Part shown: piece after piece, positions 49,030 to 60,470 of the stretch
Numbering within the stretch: the stretch's first letter is position 1
How the letters are laid out: each line of letters begins with the position of its first letter
Assembly: GCF_016432865.1 (NCBI RefSeq)
Contig: NC_067398.1
Coordinates: 341,992,001 to 342,056,000, forward strand
Origin: Antechinus flavipes
Taxonomy: Eukaryota
Direction: 5' to 3'
Length of the DNA: 64,000 bases
Made by a program: the position numbers and the translations under genes
The notes under the pieces: generated by a model
What the model was told of the DNA's origin: nothing
The model's database searches: none
The model's input: the letters and a program-made list of their open reading frames with translations, nothing else

Positions 49030-51428
49030 CTGCGGGGCAGGGACAAAGCCTGAGTTAGGGATGGTGCCGGGACCAACAACTATTGTTCCCCCATTCAAAT
49101 TAATACAGGTAAAACAGCCATCTTCTCTGTGGAAGGAAGCACGGCTTTGGGGAGTCAGTCAATCTCTCTCCTCACTCCCACTCACTCAGTATGATGCCTG
49201 ACGGTTCTTTCGGGGTCTCTGTTTTCTAAAACCTCTAAAATGAAAGAGTTGGTTCTCTTAAAAATCCCCAAAACATTTCCAGTTCTTTTTTCTGTGGTGC
49301 TGTGATCCCTGAAACCTTTCCCTTGTGAATATTATGCCTTCCCCTCCCGTCGTTTTACTGGGGGAAAACAAACTCATCCATTGTCACGCAGGCCCCAAGC
49401 ACGGCTTGTTTTGATGGGCATGGATTTGTCCTTCTGTGCAGGAGTCCTCCTCCAGAGCCAGAGCTCTACCTCAGAACCACCTGCCCTGGCATCTCCATCC
49501 CGGTCAGCCCTCTTCGACCTCTCACCTTGGAGAGACAAAGAGTGCACCCTTCTGTCTGTGGGGCGCCCTGTCGCACCCTCGATCTTCAGACCAGGACTCT
49601 CTCCTCCCCCTGTAACACCGGGGGCCCCAAGTTTCAGGATAAGTGGACTGAGAAGTTCTATAAAAATACCCCATCTCAGCTTTTGAGCCTGGGACTTGGA
49701 GACCTGAACCTTCATGGATGGAGACTCAGAGTGGGAGAGAAAGCCCGAAGGCAGGATGCTGGAGTCCACAGTGGGAAGGGATGCTGCACTTTTATATATT
49801 TTGACCTCTCCACGTTAGAACATGAGCTTGCTTCCCTGCATTTTGTTCCCGGATCTTACTTCTTTTCCGTCCTAGTGAATGGCCAAATTTTAATTACCAA
49901 TTTCCTCTCTTGTGTACCTAGGACATAGTGCTTAATAAACAGTGATGAAATCCACAGAGTCAGAATTTAGAACTGAGACAGACCTCAAAGACTAGAAATC
50001 TAGTCTTAAAGTCATTTTACACAGAAGGCAACAGGGGCCCAGTGGGGGAAGGAACCTGTCCAAACTCAAGCAAGCGCTGGACAGATTTATCATAGGCATG
50101 GAAGTGGCCATACTGAATAGGAAGTAAGGAAAGGACTGGAATTTGAACTCTGATCTGGTTTTGAATCTAACTCGTTCCACTCCCCCAAAGGGCATTGTTT
50201 GTGGGGGCTCCTAATTCATTCCAGTCACAAGGGAGTGTTGGACACCCACTGACCCTAAGGACTTTGGCCAGGGGGCTAGGTGGGTGCTTTAGGGGCAATG
50301 GGGTTGGCAATGGGATCATTTCATGGCGGAAGGCGGTGAAGGCAAGATAATTCTTAGGCCTTTCACTGATCCCAACAACCCATTCATGGAAGGCTTTAAA
50401 TGGGGAAACCGAGGTTCACAGAGGCTCAGGGGTATGTCAGCTAAGTAGCTAAGTATGTGCTGTGGACCAGAAGGGGTCCTTATCCCCTGAGGCCCGAGGC
50501 TGGTGCTGAGGGAATCTGGGTTTCCAGCTGCCAGTCCTGCTGGAGGAAGGCTGGCCAAGGAGGACTGGAGCCCCTTACGGGAGCCCTGGACTGCCCCAGC
50601 AGATGCAAGGGTCCTCAGTCACACTTTAGCACGTCCACTGACGCCGCCTGGAGCTGGGGGAGTTCTTGCCCCCTCCTTTAGCTTGCTCTTGTTCCGAGGG
50701 CTCAGAGCGGCCGGGAGAAGGACCTCCTTAAAGCACTGGCCAAGGGGCTGATTGACAGGGAGAGGAAAACTCCTGCTTTTCTTCAAATAGGAATTTAATC
50801 CTTTTGAGATGTTGGCAAAGACCTCAGCCTACCCTGTGCTCCTGAATAAACCCCTATTGCTTCAAACTCACTTCTGCTCCTTTAAGACCATGTGTATATG
50901 AGGTGGGGGAGGGAAGGGAGAACCCAGTAGCAGCCCAGAGACCCTCCAGGGCCCTCCCCACCAGACACCAATTCCCTTGTCCCCCCACAGCCACATTCCT
51001 GGCTCCACACAAACTGCCACCTCTCCAGCTGAGGGGCTGAACCTGACCACCTGGGAGACTTGCTGTCCTTCCCCTGCTCTGGGGGGCTTGTTGCCTGAAT
51101 ACTAGCATCTTCCCCCTCCCCACTCCAGCCATGGGAATCTAGCTAGCTCCGAGCTGGAGGCTGCACCCGGGCACCTGGATAGACCATTCATGGTGTGGGG
51201 TCCCTGGAAAGATGGAGTTGGATACAGAGAGCCCTTGTTCCCCAGAAAGGGGAGAAAACCTGGAGACCCAAGCCATGCTCCTGCTTCCAACTTTGGAGTA
51301 AAGAAGTCGGGGGTGGGGGAAGGTGTCTCTCTCTGCAGGAGGTTCCCATAGGAACCTGCTCAGTCTCCAGGGCATGGGGTACCCCTCTCCACCGTCCCAC
51401 CCCCTGCCTTACCTTTCCTCTGGGTCAT
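47216..51428 (-). CDS. IGFALS: IGF-binding protein acid-labile subunit (2 exons: 51413-51428, 47216-49029; 609 aa)
   Basis: ATG ACC CAG AGG AAA G|GTAAG exon 1; CCCCGCAG|GA GCC exon 2 with signal peptide, LRRNT ([11 protein letters not shown]), about 20 LRRs and LRRCT ([15 protein letters not shown]), ending DHFAHC. Confidence 0.97.
51413..51428 (-). CDS. IGFALS: IGFALS exon 1 coding part (MTQRK G)
   Basis: 16-nt phase-1 exon like human MALRK G; GTAAG donor. Confidence 0.9.
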
Positions 51429-52483
51429 CCTAGTGGAGTGGCCAGGCTAGGCAGCAGGGTCCCGTCTAGCAATGCTGCTCCTGCTGTCTGGATTTCCCCA
51501 CTGCTAGTAGTGCAGCAACCACCCTGACACCCAGCCAGCACAGCCCAGCTTGGCCCAGGTTCCTTTAACCCTCCAGGTGCCAGGTGGAAGTGGAGGGAGG
51601 CTGTGTGTCTGGGCGGGTGCGGGGCACCTAGCAGAGGGGCTGCTCCAAGTTCCTTCTCTCATCCCTAATTCTTTCCCGCTGAGTCAGAGGTGCTTGGAGC
51701 AGCATCTCTAACTGGAAACAGATGCCCAGAGCCGTTCAGCAGAGCCGGGGATGGGCTGGGGGGCTTCTGGGCTGGGGGCAGTATAAGGATCAAATCCGCC
51801 GCCTCAGGGAGGCTCACACAGATACCTGGCAGGTGTGGGGAGTTCAGCTTGAAAAGCTAGTTCTGTGGGCCCCCGAGAAGCATTCGGCCCTCTTGGGCTA
51901 CTCTTCCAGGAACTAGACTGCCTACTTTGGAAAATTACCCCCTCCCTTTATTAATATAAACTCCCAAGGATCCCACACCCCGAACCCCCAGAAACCCAAG
52001 TACAACCTGTGACTCGGGGGCAGCTAAGAGTCATTCCTGCTCTCAACTTGGCTCAGAGGAGATGCTGGGCCTTGGACAAACGGCCCCTCGAGGGGATTTG
52101 GGGGCAGTTGGGGAAAAGAGGGATCGCTGGGCTCCCTCAGAGGTCCCTCCTCCCAACTCTGAATGGGCAGGGTATGCCAGGGGTCAAGAAGCTGCCATCG
52201 TATTTCACCATGAGTCTGGCTTTCTGGTCTGGATCAATGGAACAACCTGCCCTCAGACTGAAGTTTCCTAAGAGCTCTGCTGGTGTCAGCTGCCTTGGGC
52301 TTTCAAGGATCCCTGGGGGAGGTGAGAGAAGGGAGCTGTCTGACTGACAGTGCCCTGCTCTCAGGCTCACCCCTGCCTCTTGCGGGGACCCCGCTGTAGC
52401 CCCAGGATCTCAGTCTCCTCCCCTCCTGGCTGGGATGCAATGGCTGCCCAGGCTCTGGCCCCCGTGCCACAAGCAGCCCCCTC

Positions 52484-52492
52484 TTCTAGGAA
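52484..52492 (-). promoter_or_regulatory. GAS/STAT5 element TTCCTAGAA upstream of IGFALS (ALS-GAS1-like)
   Basis: Plus-strand TTCTAGGAA = TTCCTAGAA on the IGFALS sense strand, followed by GAGG; about 1.06 kb upstream of the ATG. Confidence 0.65.
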
Positions 52493-54529
52493 AGCTTGGC
52501 AGGGTTATTCACTAATCTATGTTTGCTTTCCCCAGTGGCTCTTCTCCCCCATTGGGGGGGCTGAGCCGTCAGAGAGGAGGCAACCGAGGTGATTCTTTTT
52601 CCCCACGAGCAGCCCAGGCAGACGGTCATTTCCTGAGCCACCTCAGGTGCCCTCACTCTAGAACTCACCGGAGCTGGTTTTCTCCAGGCCTGGCCACCTG
52701 TCCGAGCATAAAAACAGGGCTTTGGGGGGGGGGGGTGGAGGAGAAGGGGGGAAGCTTCTGGCAGAGCCTTCTGACCTCTTTCCGTGTCTCCAGGAATTCT
52801 CGAGCCCCTGGCTCACAGATCCAGGACTTCTGGTCTGCTGAAGGCTCTTTCTTGAGCTCTGCAAACATTTGTGAACACTAATGAGGGTGGGCCAGACAAC
52901 TATCGCTGCTTCTATTAGGGAAGGAAGGAAGGGAATGAAAATAGTGCAGAAAAGAATGAATCCTCATGCTTTTGTGTTGTATTAGCTCTGGGGAATTTCT
53001 TTAACCTTTCTGAGCCTCATCTGTAAAATGGGGATAATACCTATAGTCTCTAACTCACAGGAGCTTTCTAAGTGCTTCACAAGCTTCCAGAAGCACAAGT
53101 CTGTTCTCCATAGCGATCCCTCTATCAGTGTACACTGTGTTTCTGTCTAATTCAGGAGAATATAGACTTTCTCTCAGGGCTATTCAGACTTTGCCTGCTA
53201 GGCCTCTGGCTTGGCTCTCTCCGCACTGGGACTCATTCAGAGGGAGAGGGGAGAGCAGAGGGCTCAGGGACTGTGGGCTCCACAAGTTACAGCCGGGCCC
53301 TGGATCCTGAAAAACCTGACCTTCCCTCTCTGGCCAGGTTCTGGCTTCCAGTCTGATCCACGTAAAGAAGGACAAAGAGGCAGCTAAGTCCATCCATCCA
53401 TCTGCCTCTTTTTGTATCCCCAGTGCTTAGTATAGCATTCATAGTTTAATGAATGTTTATCGATTGATTAAAAAGATTAAATGACTTGCTCAAAGCCATA
53501 AATTTAATAAAACATCCTGTGTGAGTCTTTCTGATTTTAAAATCTGTTCTTTCCAGCAGACTTCTGTACTAGTCATTAAAATAATACATTTTAGAACTCT
53601 TATATTTGCATAAGAGATTTATATACAAGATGTCCCAAAAGATATAGTCTAGGTGATAAGAGTATCACCATGGAGTCAGACAGATCTGAATTCCAATCAG
53701 GCCTCAGATAAAAGCTAAGATGACTTTTGATCATGTGACTTAATCAGTTTGCTTTAAATTTTCTTGATCTATAAAATGGGGATAACAATGGCACTACCTT
53801 CCAGGGTAGAAGCCACTACTGTCCAGAGGAACAAATGAGATGACTGTAAAATTCTTGCTCTATGTCTGGCATATGGTTAGAACTTTATAAATTTTGAAAT
53901 TAGTATTATTATTTCATTTGATCCTCCCAACAGCTCAGAGCTGTAAATTCATTTACCTCAATTATAGAGAAGTAAAGGGATCTTCCTAAGGTCATCTTGC
54001 AGGGTGGCAACATTAGATAAGATTGGAGATCTGGGTTCTTTCCATTTTATAGCTCTCCCTTTGTTCTAGCATGATTTGTTTGGTTAATTTATTATCTTTA
54101 TCTAATACTTATGTGTCTTTTTCTAGGAGTGACACTGGGCTAAAACAACTCATCACCTTTGTTGCTCAAACTCCTTCTGTCTCCTCTGGCACTCCTTCTG
54201 CGCTTCTGATTATACATGCTCATTTTAACTTTGGGTTCTCTCCCCAAGATTACCAACTCCACTTCAAGGGCCTGGGTCATGTCTGTCATCGGGATCTCAT
54301 AGTCATCGCTCTCCAAGTCCCCTTCCCACCTTAGTGTCCCTGCCCTCAAAATGAATCAATCACTCTTCTCATTTGCTTATCCTAAGTTTGACAGCAGTTG
54401 GTCAAAACCTTTGGATCCGGGGAAACCATGAGTGTGTTTGTGGCAAGTGAACACTCAAATTCCCTTATATTTTTTGAATTATGGATGCTGAAGGGGCTAG
54501 GAAAAGAGAGCTCCAAGGAACCCCAAGAT

Positions 54530-54669
54530 TTTTTTTTTTCCGAAGGCTATTGAGATTGATGGATCCAGAGCATACAACTAGGAAGTGTTAAGTGTCTGAG
54601 GCCATATTTGAATTCAAGTCCTCCTGACTCCAGGGCTGACACTCTATCCACTGTACCATCTATCTGCCT
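54530..54669 (-). mobile_element. WSINE1-like SINE
   Basis: Antisense copy flanked by AACCCCAA(G/C)ATTTT direct repeats. Confidence 0.8.
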
Positions 54670-55819
54670 ATAACCCCAACATTTTTAGAATCTCTTTGTG
54701 CAATTAATATAAAAGATTGCAAACATGGAGTGTAAATCTGAAGGGATGAGGTGAATATAATGTAATATAATTATAATGAATATAATGGGTGTAGTAAAGG
54801 GACAGTGTGGGGATATATATCCCCTGGCTTGGCTTCTTACTTCACTCAGAATAGGACTAGGACTCATAAAGCAGACCCCTGGTTGGGGCTCAGGGGCTTT
54901 GATCAGTCCAACCAAGCCATTTAGAACTTTGGGGACTGGTTGCTGATTCCTTTCTGGATCTCGGCCTTTTCTCCATTAGACTTGTCCAAGTGAGGTGGAG
55001 AACATGGCCAGGTTTCCAGGAAAAGGACCCAGCCTAACCCTGTTGGCCTTCCTGATCCTGTGTCCTCCCTCCCCCCAGCCCATGCAGCTTTGTTCCTCCC
55101 CATCAGTCCCTTGAACTCAGCAAGACAGGGACAACCCTCCAGATCTGGGAAAGTCTCCTAGATCTCCCATTATTTCACCCTCCTTAAGATTTGAGGCTTC
55201 TTTCTTTCTGACATCCCACACCAAAATCCCAGGCCTTGTCCCCTGCTCTCCCACCTACACATTGCTCAGTGGCAATCAACTTTATCTCTTTTCCCTTTAT
55301 TGAGCTTTGATTCTTTTCCAGATCATTTCTCAGCTTCTATTCTGAGAAATTATAGATCCACAGGGAGAAAGTCCACACCCAGAAAGGCCTGAGGACAAGT
55401 TTACACAGTAGAAAGTGCAGATTCAGCAGGGATTCTGGGGCCAGGAATACTGGAACTAGGGACTTCTCAGGATTCAGAAACTCAGCTCGAGAAAGTTCTT
55501 CAATCATAACCTTTTTCCTCTAGTTTAAAGCCTGAAAAGGCAGAGGTCAGTCTCTCAGGGAACACGAAAGCCGAGGGTCCCTTTCCTCCCCCCCCCCAAC
55601 AATCAACAAAAGAAACCCCCATTATTTTCCCCCTAGGCCTTTAGATTAACCCAATTCTGGGTCACTATTAGCCAAGGAGCCCTTATCACTAACTTCAGGA
55701 CAATGTCATGAGCTCCTCAGGCCATTCATCACGTGTGGGTGGAATGGGGCCGGAGTAAAGAAAAAATCCCCCTAGGTTTTTTGGAGGAAGGCGGGAGGAA
55801 AGGAGCTTGTGCCCCCATC

Positions 55820-56070
55820 TGCGCCGGCACTCTGAGACAATGACCTCACTATCTAGAGATGGATAGTATGTCTCATTCTTCATGAGTCTGCTGGAATCGT
55901 GGTGGCCAGCATGTTGCCCAGAGTCCCAGTTCTTTGTGCTCTTGTTATATCGTGTTCTCCCGTGCCTCTCGCTGTCACTTTGTATCCATCGGGGCAGATT
56001 TCCCAGGTTTCTCCCAAACCGTGCCCTTCGTTATACTTTCTCATACAATAGCATTCCGTCACATTTCTGA
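55820..56070 (-). mobile_element. Old L1 3' end fragment, unusually CpG-rich
   Basis: Minus strand aaatgtgacggaatgctattgt...gggagaaacctgggaa parallels the L1 phrase aatgtaatggaatattattg...cagagaggcctgg seen in other copies in this window. Confidence 0.6.
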
Positions 56071-56299
56071 GGGGCCAGATGGACCTTGACAGAGAAAGCC
56101 TGAATCTCTGCAAACAATCTGGGAGCCCAGCTACTCCCGGAGGCCGGCTGGAGGAGCACTGATAGGATTATATGGACACTTTTCACTTTGTTTAGACCTT
56201 TTGTGCTTATCTAGGCTTTTGTTCAACTGGACTTTCAATTATAGTCCCCCCTCCAGGTGGAGGTCTCCAAAACCTCATCTATTGTAGCTAATCGGAGCC

Positions 56300-56586
56300 A
56301 AATTATGTCAAACCCCGGAGATTATATTCCCCTTGTAAAAGATTGGCTCATATTGTAGATCTTTTTAAGTTCTTTTTTAGGGCTAGCTTGCCAGTCAATG
56401 GCGTATCCTTATTATAGCTAACTTTTCTATATGAGTTCAGCTCACCAGTCAGTGGCGTACTTCTGTGAGGTGGTAGTCTCATCCAGCCTTGGGACAAGAT
56501 CCATCTGGTCTCAGTATCTCTCTCCATTTAATAAACTATTGAATCGGTCTCTAACCTCTGTTTTGTTCAGTTTCTTTGGCATTACA
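56300..56586 (+). mobile_element. Solo LTR (ERV) 3' part; 5' boundary uncertain
   Basis: AATAAA at 56530-56535 followed by a U5-like end ...TTTGGCATTACA typical of marsupial LTRs. Confidence 0.55.
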
Positions 56587-56757
56587 AGTTCCATAAAGAA
56601 TTATTACGATAATATACATACATTAATATGCTATTGGTAAAGTTGTGAACTGATCCAACCATTCTGGAGAGCAATTTGTAACTATGCCAAAGGGATATAA
56701 AACTATCTATAATCTTCGCTCCAGCAGTGCAACTATTGGGTCTTTATCCCAAAGAGC

Positions 56758-56912
56758 TTTTTTTTTTTTTTTTTTTCCTCAGCCAATTGGGGTTAAGTGA
56801 TTTTCCTGGAGTCACACGGGCAGAAAGTGTTAAGTGACTGAGGGCAGACTTAAACTAGGTCCTCCTGACTTCGGGGCTGATACTCTAGCTACTATACCAA
56901 GTAGCCGCCCCC
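56758..56912 (-). mobile_element. WSINE1-like SINE nested in L1
   Basis: Poly-T, cctcagccaattggggttaagtga...gccgcccc. Confidence 0.8.
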
Positions 56913-57004
56913 CACAGACATCTTAAAAGAGGGGAAAGGACCCACATGTGAAAAAATGTTTGTAGTAGCTCTTTTTATAGTGGCAAGGAATTGGAAATTG
57001 AGGG

Positions 57005-57484
57005 TGTAAAGGACATGCTGGACCTTAATCCTGAGCCCCAAACTAGCAAAATCGCTAAAATTATGTCTAGACTTGCTGGGCTCATAGAAGGAACATTTGC
57101 CTTGTAAACTGTTCCTTGAACCCACGTAACCAAGTTGAATGTTAATATGTTTATAGAGCTGCTAAGCCCCCAGAAGGAATACTTACCCTGTACATTTTTC
57201 CTTGAATCCAGGTAACAAGTTCCTGTTTTGACTAACTCTGTTTTTAACAGATCCTGCGGTTAAGCTACAGTCTGAAAAAGATTCTGTTTTTAGCAGCCTT
57301 AGTATTCCTAACATGGCTTAGAGCCAAAATTATAGTGCAGAAGCTTCCTCCCCCTTTTCCCCCCACCCTAATTGCCTATTAATCACCCATACTATTTGGC
57401 CTGCCTACTTTGTGGAAAGACTTCAAGAGAATTCTGTTTGAGTGTTCTCAACTGTGACTCCAAGCCAAATGCTCTCCCGCAGTA
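57005..57484. mobile_element. 480-bp LTR-like insertion in L1
   Basis: Starts TGTAAAG; flanked by AGGG direct repeat (57001-57004, 57485-57488); removing it restores L1 ggaaattgaggggatgttcatcag; right end reads TA rather than CA. Confidence 0.6.
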
Positions 57485-58029
57485 AGGGGATGTTCATCAG
57501 TTGGGGAATGGCTGAATAAGTTGTAGTATATGAATGTAATGGAATATTATTGTTCTACAAGAAACGATGAACATATTTCAGAAAAACCTGGACTTAACAC
57601 AAATTGATGCTGAGTGAAATGAGCAGAATCGAGAAAACATACAGCAACACTGTGTGATGATCAACTATGATGGACTTAACTCTTCAGCAAAATGGTGATC
57701 CAAGATCCTTTCCAATAGCCATTCATATTTAAAGAAAGAATCTATAGAAACTGAATGTGGATCGAAGCAAACCATTTTTACTTGTTTTTACCTTTCTTGT
57801 GGTTTATCCCTTTTGTTCTGATTTTTCTTTCACAACATAACATGGAAATAAGGATTCTACATGTATACCCTATATCAGATTGTTTGTGATCTTGAGGAAG
57901 GAGGAGGTAAGGGAGGGAGAAAAAAATTGGGGAGCTCAAAACTTGACAAAAATGTTGAAAATTATCTTTACATATAATTGGAAAAAAAATAAAATATTGC
58001 AAGTGGGAAAGAGAAAAAGTATACTTGTT

Positions 58030-58180
58030 GGGGCAGCGAGGTGGCGCAGTGGATAGAGCACCAGCTCTGAAATCAGGAAGACCTGAGTTCAAATTTGACT
58101 TCAGACACAACACTTCTTAGATGTGTGACCCTGGGCAAGTCACTTAACCCCAAGTGCCTCAGCAAAAACAAAAGAAAAAT
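58030..58180 (+). mobile_element. WSINE1-like SINE
   Basis: GGGGCAGCGAGGTGGCGCAGTGGATAGAGCACC...A tail. Confidence 0.88.
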
Positions 58181-58819
58181 TTGTTTTCCCATAGTCCCTC
58201 CATCATGTTATTTTCCTTTTTTGTTATCTTTGTTAATTTCATGAGTGTGAAATACTTCAGAGCTGTTTTAATTCATATTTCTCTAATAATTGGCTAGGTG
58301 GTACCATGAATAGTATTGGGCCTGGAGACAGAAACACCTAAGTTCTAATGTGGCCTCTTATACTTTTAGCAAGGCAAGTATATATTTGCCTTAACCTCTG
58401 TCCACCTCAATTTCTTAACTGTAATATGGCAATAATAATAGCACCTACCTCCCAGTATTATGAGGATCAAATGAAATAATGTTTGTAAAGAACACGATGG
58501 GATCATAGTAAGCATTTAATATATAGATTTTTAATGTAGAGCAACTTGGATATTTTTAATATGGAACATATAGGTAGCACAATAGATAGAGTACTAGGCC
58601 TGGAGTCAGGGAGATCTCATCTTCCAGAGTTCAAATCTGCCCTGAGATACTAGCTGTGTGACCCTGGGCAAGTCACTGTTTGCCTCAGCTCCTCATCAGT
58701 AAAATGGGAGAAAAAAAATCACAAATTACTCTATTATTTGTTAAATGACACTAATTTCTGCTATTTTGGTAGGAAAAGACCAATCTTAAAACTGAATTCA
58801 CTTTAAAGGAACTGAGTTG

Positions 58820-59602
58820 TTTTTTTTTTTAATTTTTTATTATAGGTTTTTACTTACAAGATATATGCATGGGTAATTTTTCATCATTGACAATTGCCAA
58901 ACCTTTTGTTCCAACTTTTCCCCTCCTCCCCCCCACCCCTTTCCCCAGATGGCAGATTGAGCAATACATGTTAAATATGTTAAAAGTATAAGTTAAATAC
59001 AAAATAAGTATACATGTCCAAACTGTTATTTTGCTGTACAAAAAGAATCGGACTTTGAAATATTGTACAATTAGCCTGTGAAGAAAATCAAAAATGCAGG
59101 TGGACAAAAATAGAAGGATTGGGAATTCTATGTAATGGTTCATGTTCATCTCCCTGAGTTCTTTCACTGGGCGTAGCTGGTTCAATTCATTACTATTTTA
59201 TTGGAGCTGATTTGTTTCATCTCATTGTTAGAGAGCCATATCCATCAGAATTGATCATCATATAGTATTGTTGTTGAAGTATATAATGATCTCCTAGCCC
59301 TGCTCATTTCACTCAGCCTCAGTTCATGTGAGTCTCTCCAGGCCTTTCTGAAATCATCCTGCTGGTCATTTCTTACAGAACAATAATATTCCATAACATT
59401 CATATACCACAATTTACCCAGCCATTCTCCAATTGATGGGCATCCACTTAGTTTCCAGGTTCTGGCCCCTACAAAGAGGGCTGCCCACAAACATTCGTGC
59501 ACATACAGATCCTTTTCCCTTCTTTATGATTCTTTGGGATATAAGCCCAGTAGTAACATTGCTGGGTCAAAGGGTATGCACAATTTGATAGCTTTTTGAG
59601 CA
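58820..59602 (-). mobile_element. 5'-truncated L1, antisense
   Basis: Poly-T; ORF 59245..59502 is L1 ORF2 end; direct repeat AAAGGAACTGA at 58805-58815 and 59603-59613. Confidence 0.88.
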
Positions 59603-59759
59603 AAAGGAACTGATTTTTTAAAAAATCAATCTCAAGTTCCTCCTGCCAGCAAAACTCTTCCACCAGGTCCCAAAGAATAGGATACTACTGAAAAAAAGTG
59701 AAGAACTGAGTGACTTTTTAATTAAATGTGGTCATTTTTCTTATGCTGGCTTGACAGCA

Positions 59760-60470
59760 TTAACACACAGTTACTATTTCTCCAGTTATTTAGATGTCTT
59801 TGTGTGGAGAATGTTTTACTGTATTCATGTCATTTCTGTGTGTGTCTTGGCAGGTAAACTCTTCAGCGTTTTATACTATCTGTAGTTATTTTAAATGGAA
59901 TTTCAATTTTTTCTTGCTGGATTTTTGGTAATAGAAATGTTGATGATTTGAATGGATTTATTTTCTATTTTGCAACTTTAGTAAAGCTGTTGTCTTAATT
60001 AAGTTTTTTTAAACAATGCTAGGATTTCCTAGTAATATAAATCACCTGCAAAAAGTGATAATTTTGCTAGTTTTTTTTTTTTTTGCCAGTCCTTATTCCT
60101 TCACTTTTCTTTCTTCTTACTATAGCACAGTATCATTTATAGCATGGTATTTAATTGTAACAATTATTATGAATGTCCTTGCTTTACCTTTGATCTTAGG
60201 AAAGGCCTCTGACTTATTCCCATTATAGATAACTGACTGTTGGTCGATAGGTACAACTTATCATTTTAAGTAATATTCCATTTATTTTTATGTTTTCTAG
60301 TGTTTTACATAGGAATAGGTGTCACAGCTTATTAAAACCTTTTTATGTACTTATTGATATAGAATTTTTGTTGTTTTTGTTATTTATATGATCAGTTATA
60401 TAAAACAAATTTTCAAAAAATTAGATCAGCCCTTCATTCCTGGTACCAAATCCTGCCATCTTTTTGATGA
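59760..60470 (-). mobile_element. Old L1 ORF2 remnant
   Basis: Antisense L1 ORF2 phrases (tcacctgcaaaaagtgataatttt, tatcattttaag). Confidence 0.5.

Larger units (their letters stand above)
56600..58010 (+). mobile_element. L1 3' fragment interrupted by a SINE and an LTR-like insert
   Basis: L1 ORF2-end phrases continue across the insertions at 56758-56912 and 57005-57484. Confidence 0.75.

Noticed and set aside
47304-49201. Long plus-strand ORFs (up to 348 aa) opposite IGFALS
   Set aside because: Shadow frames of a GC-rich LRR coding exon
51904-51912. Second GAS motif TTCCAGGAA nearer IGFALS
   Set aside because: The same 9-mer also occurs at 55014, 60638 (in a MIR) and near 63485, so it is not distinctive without conservation data
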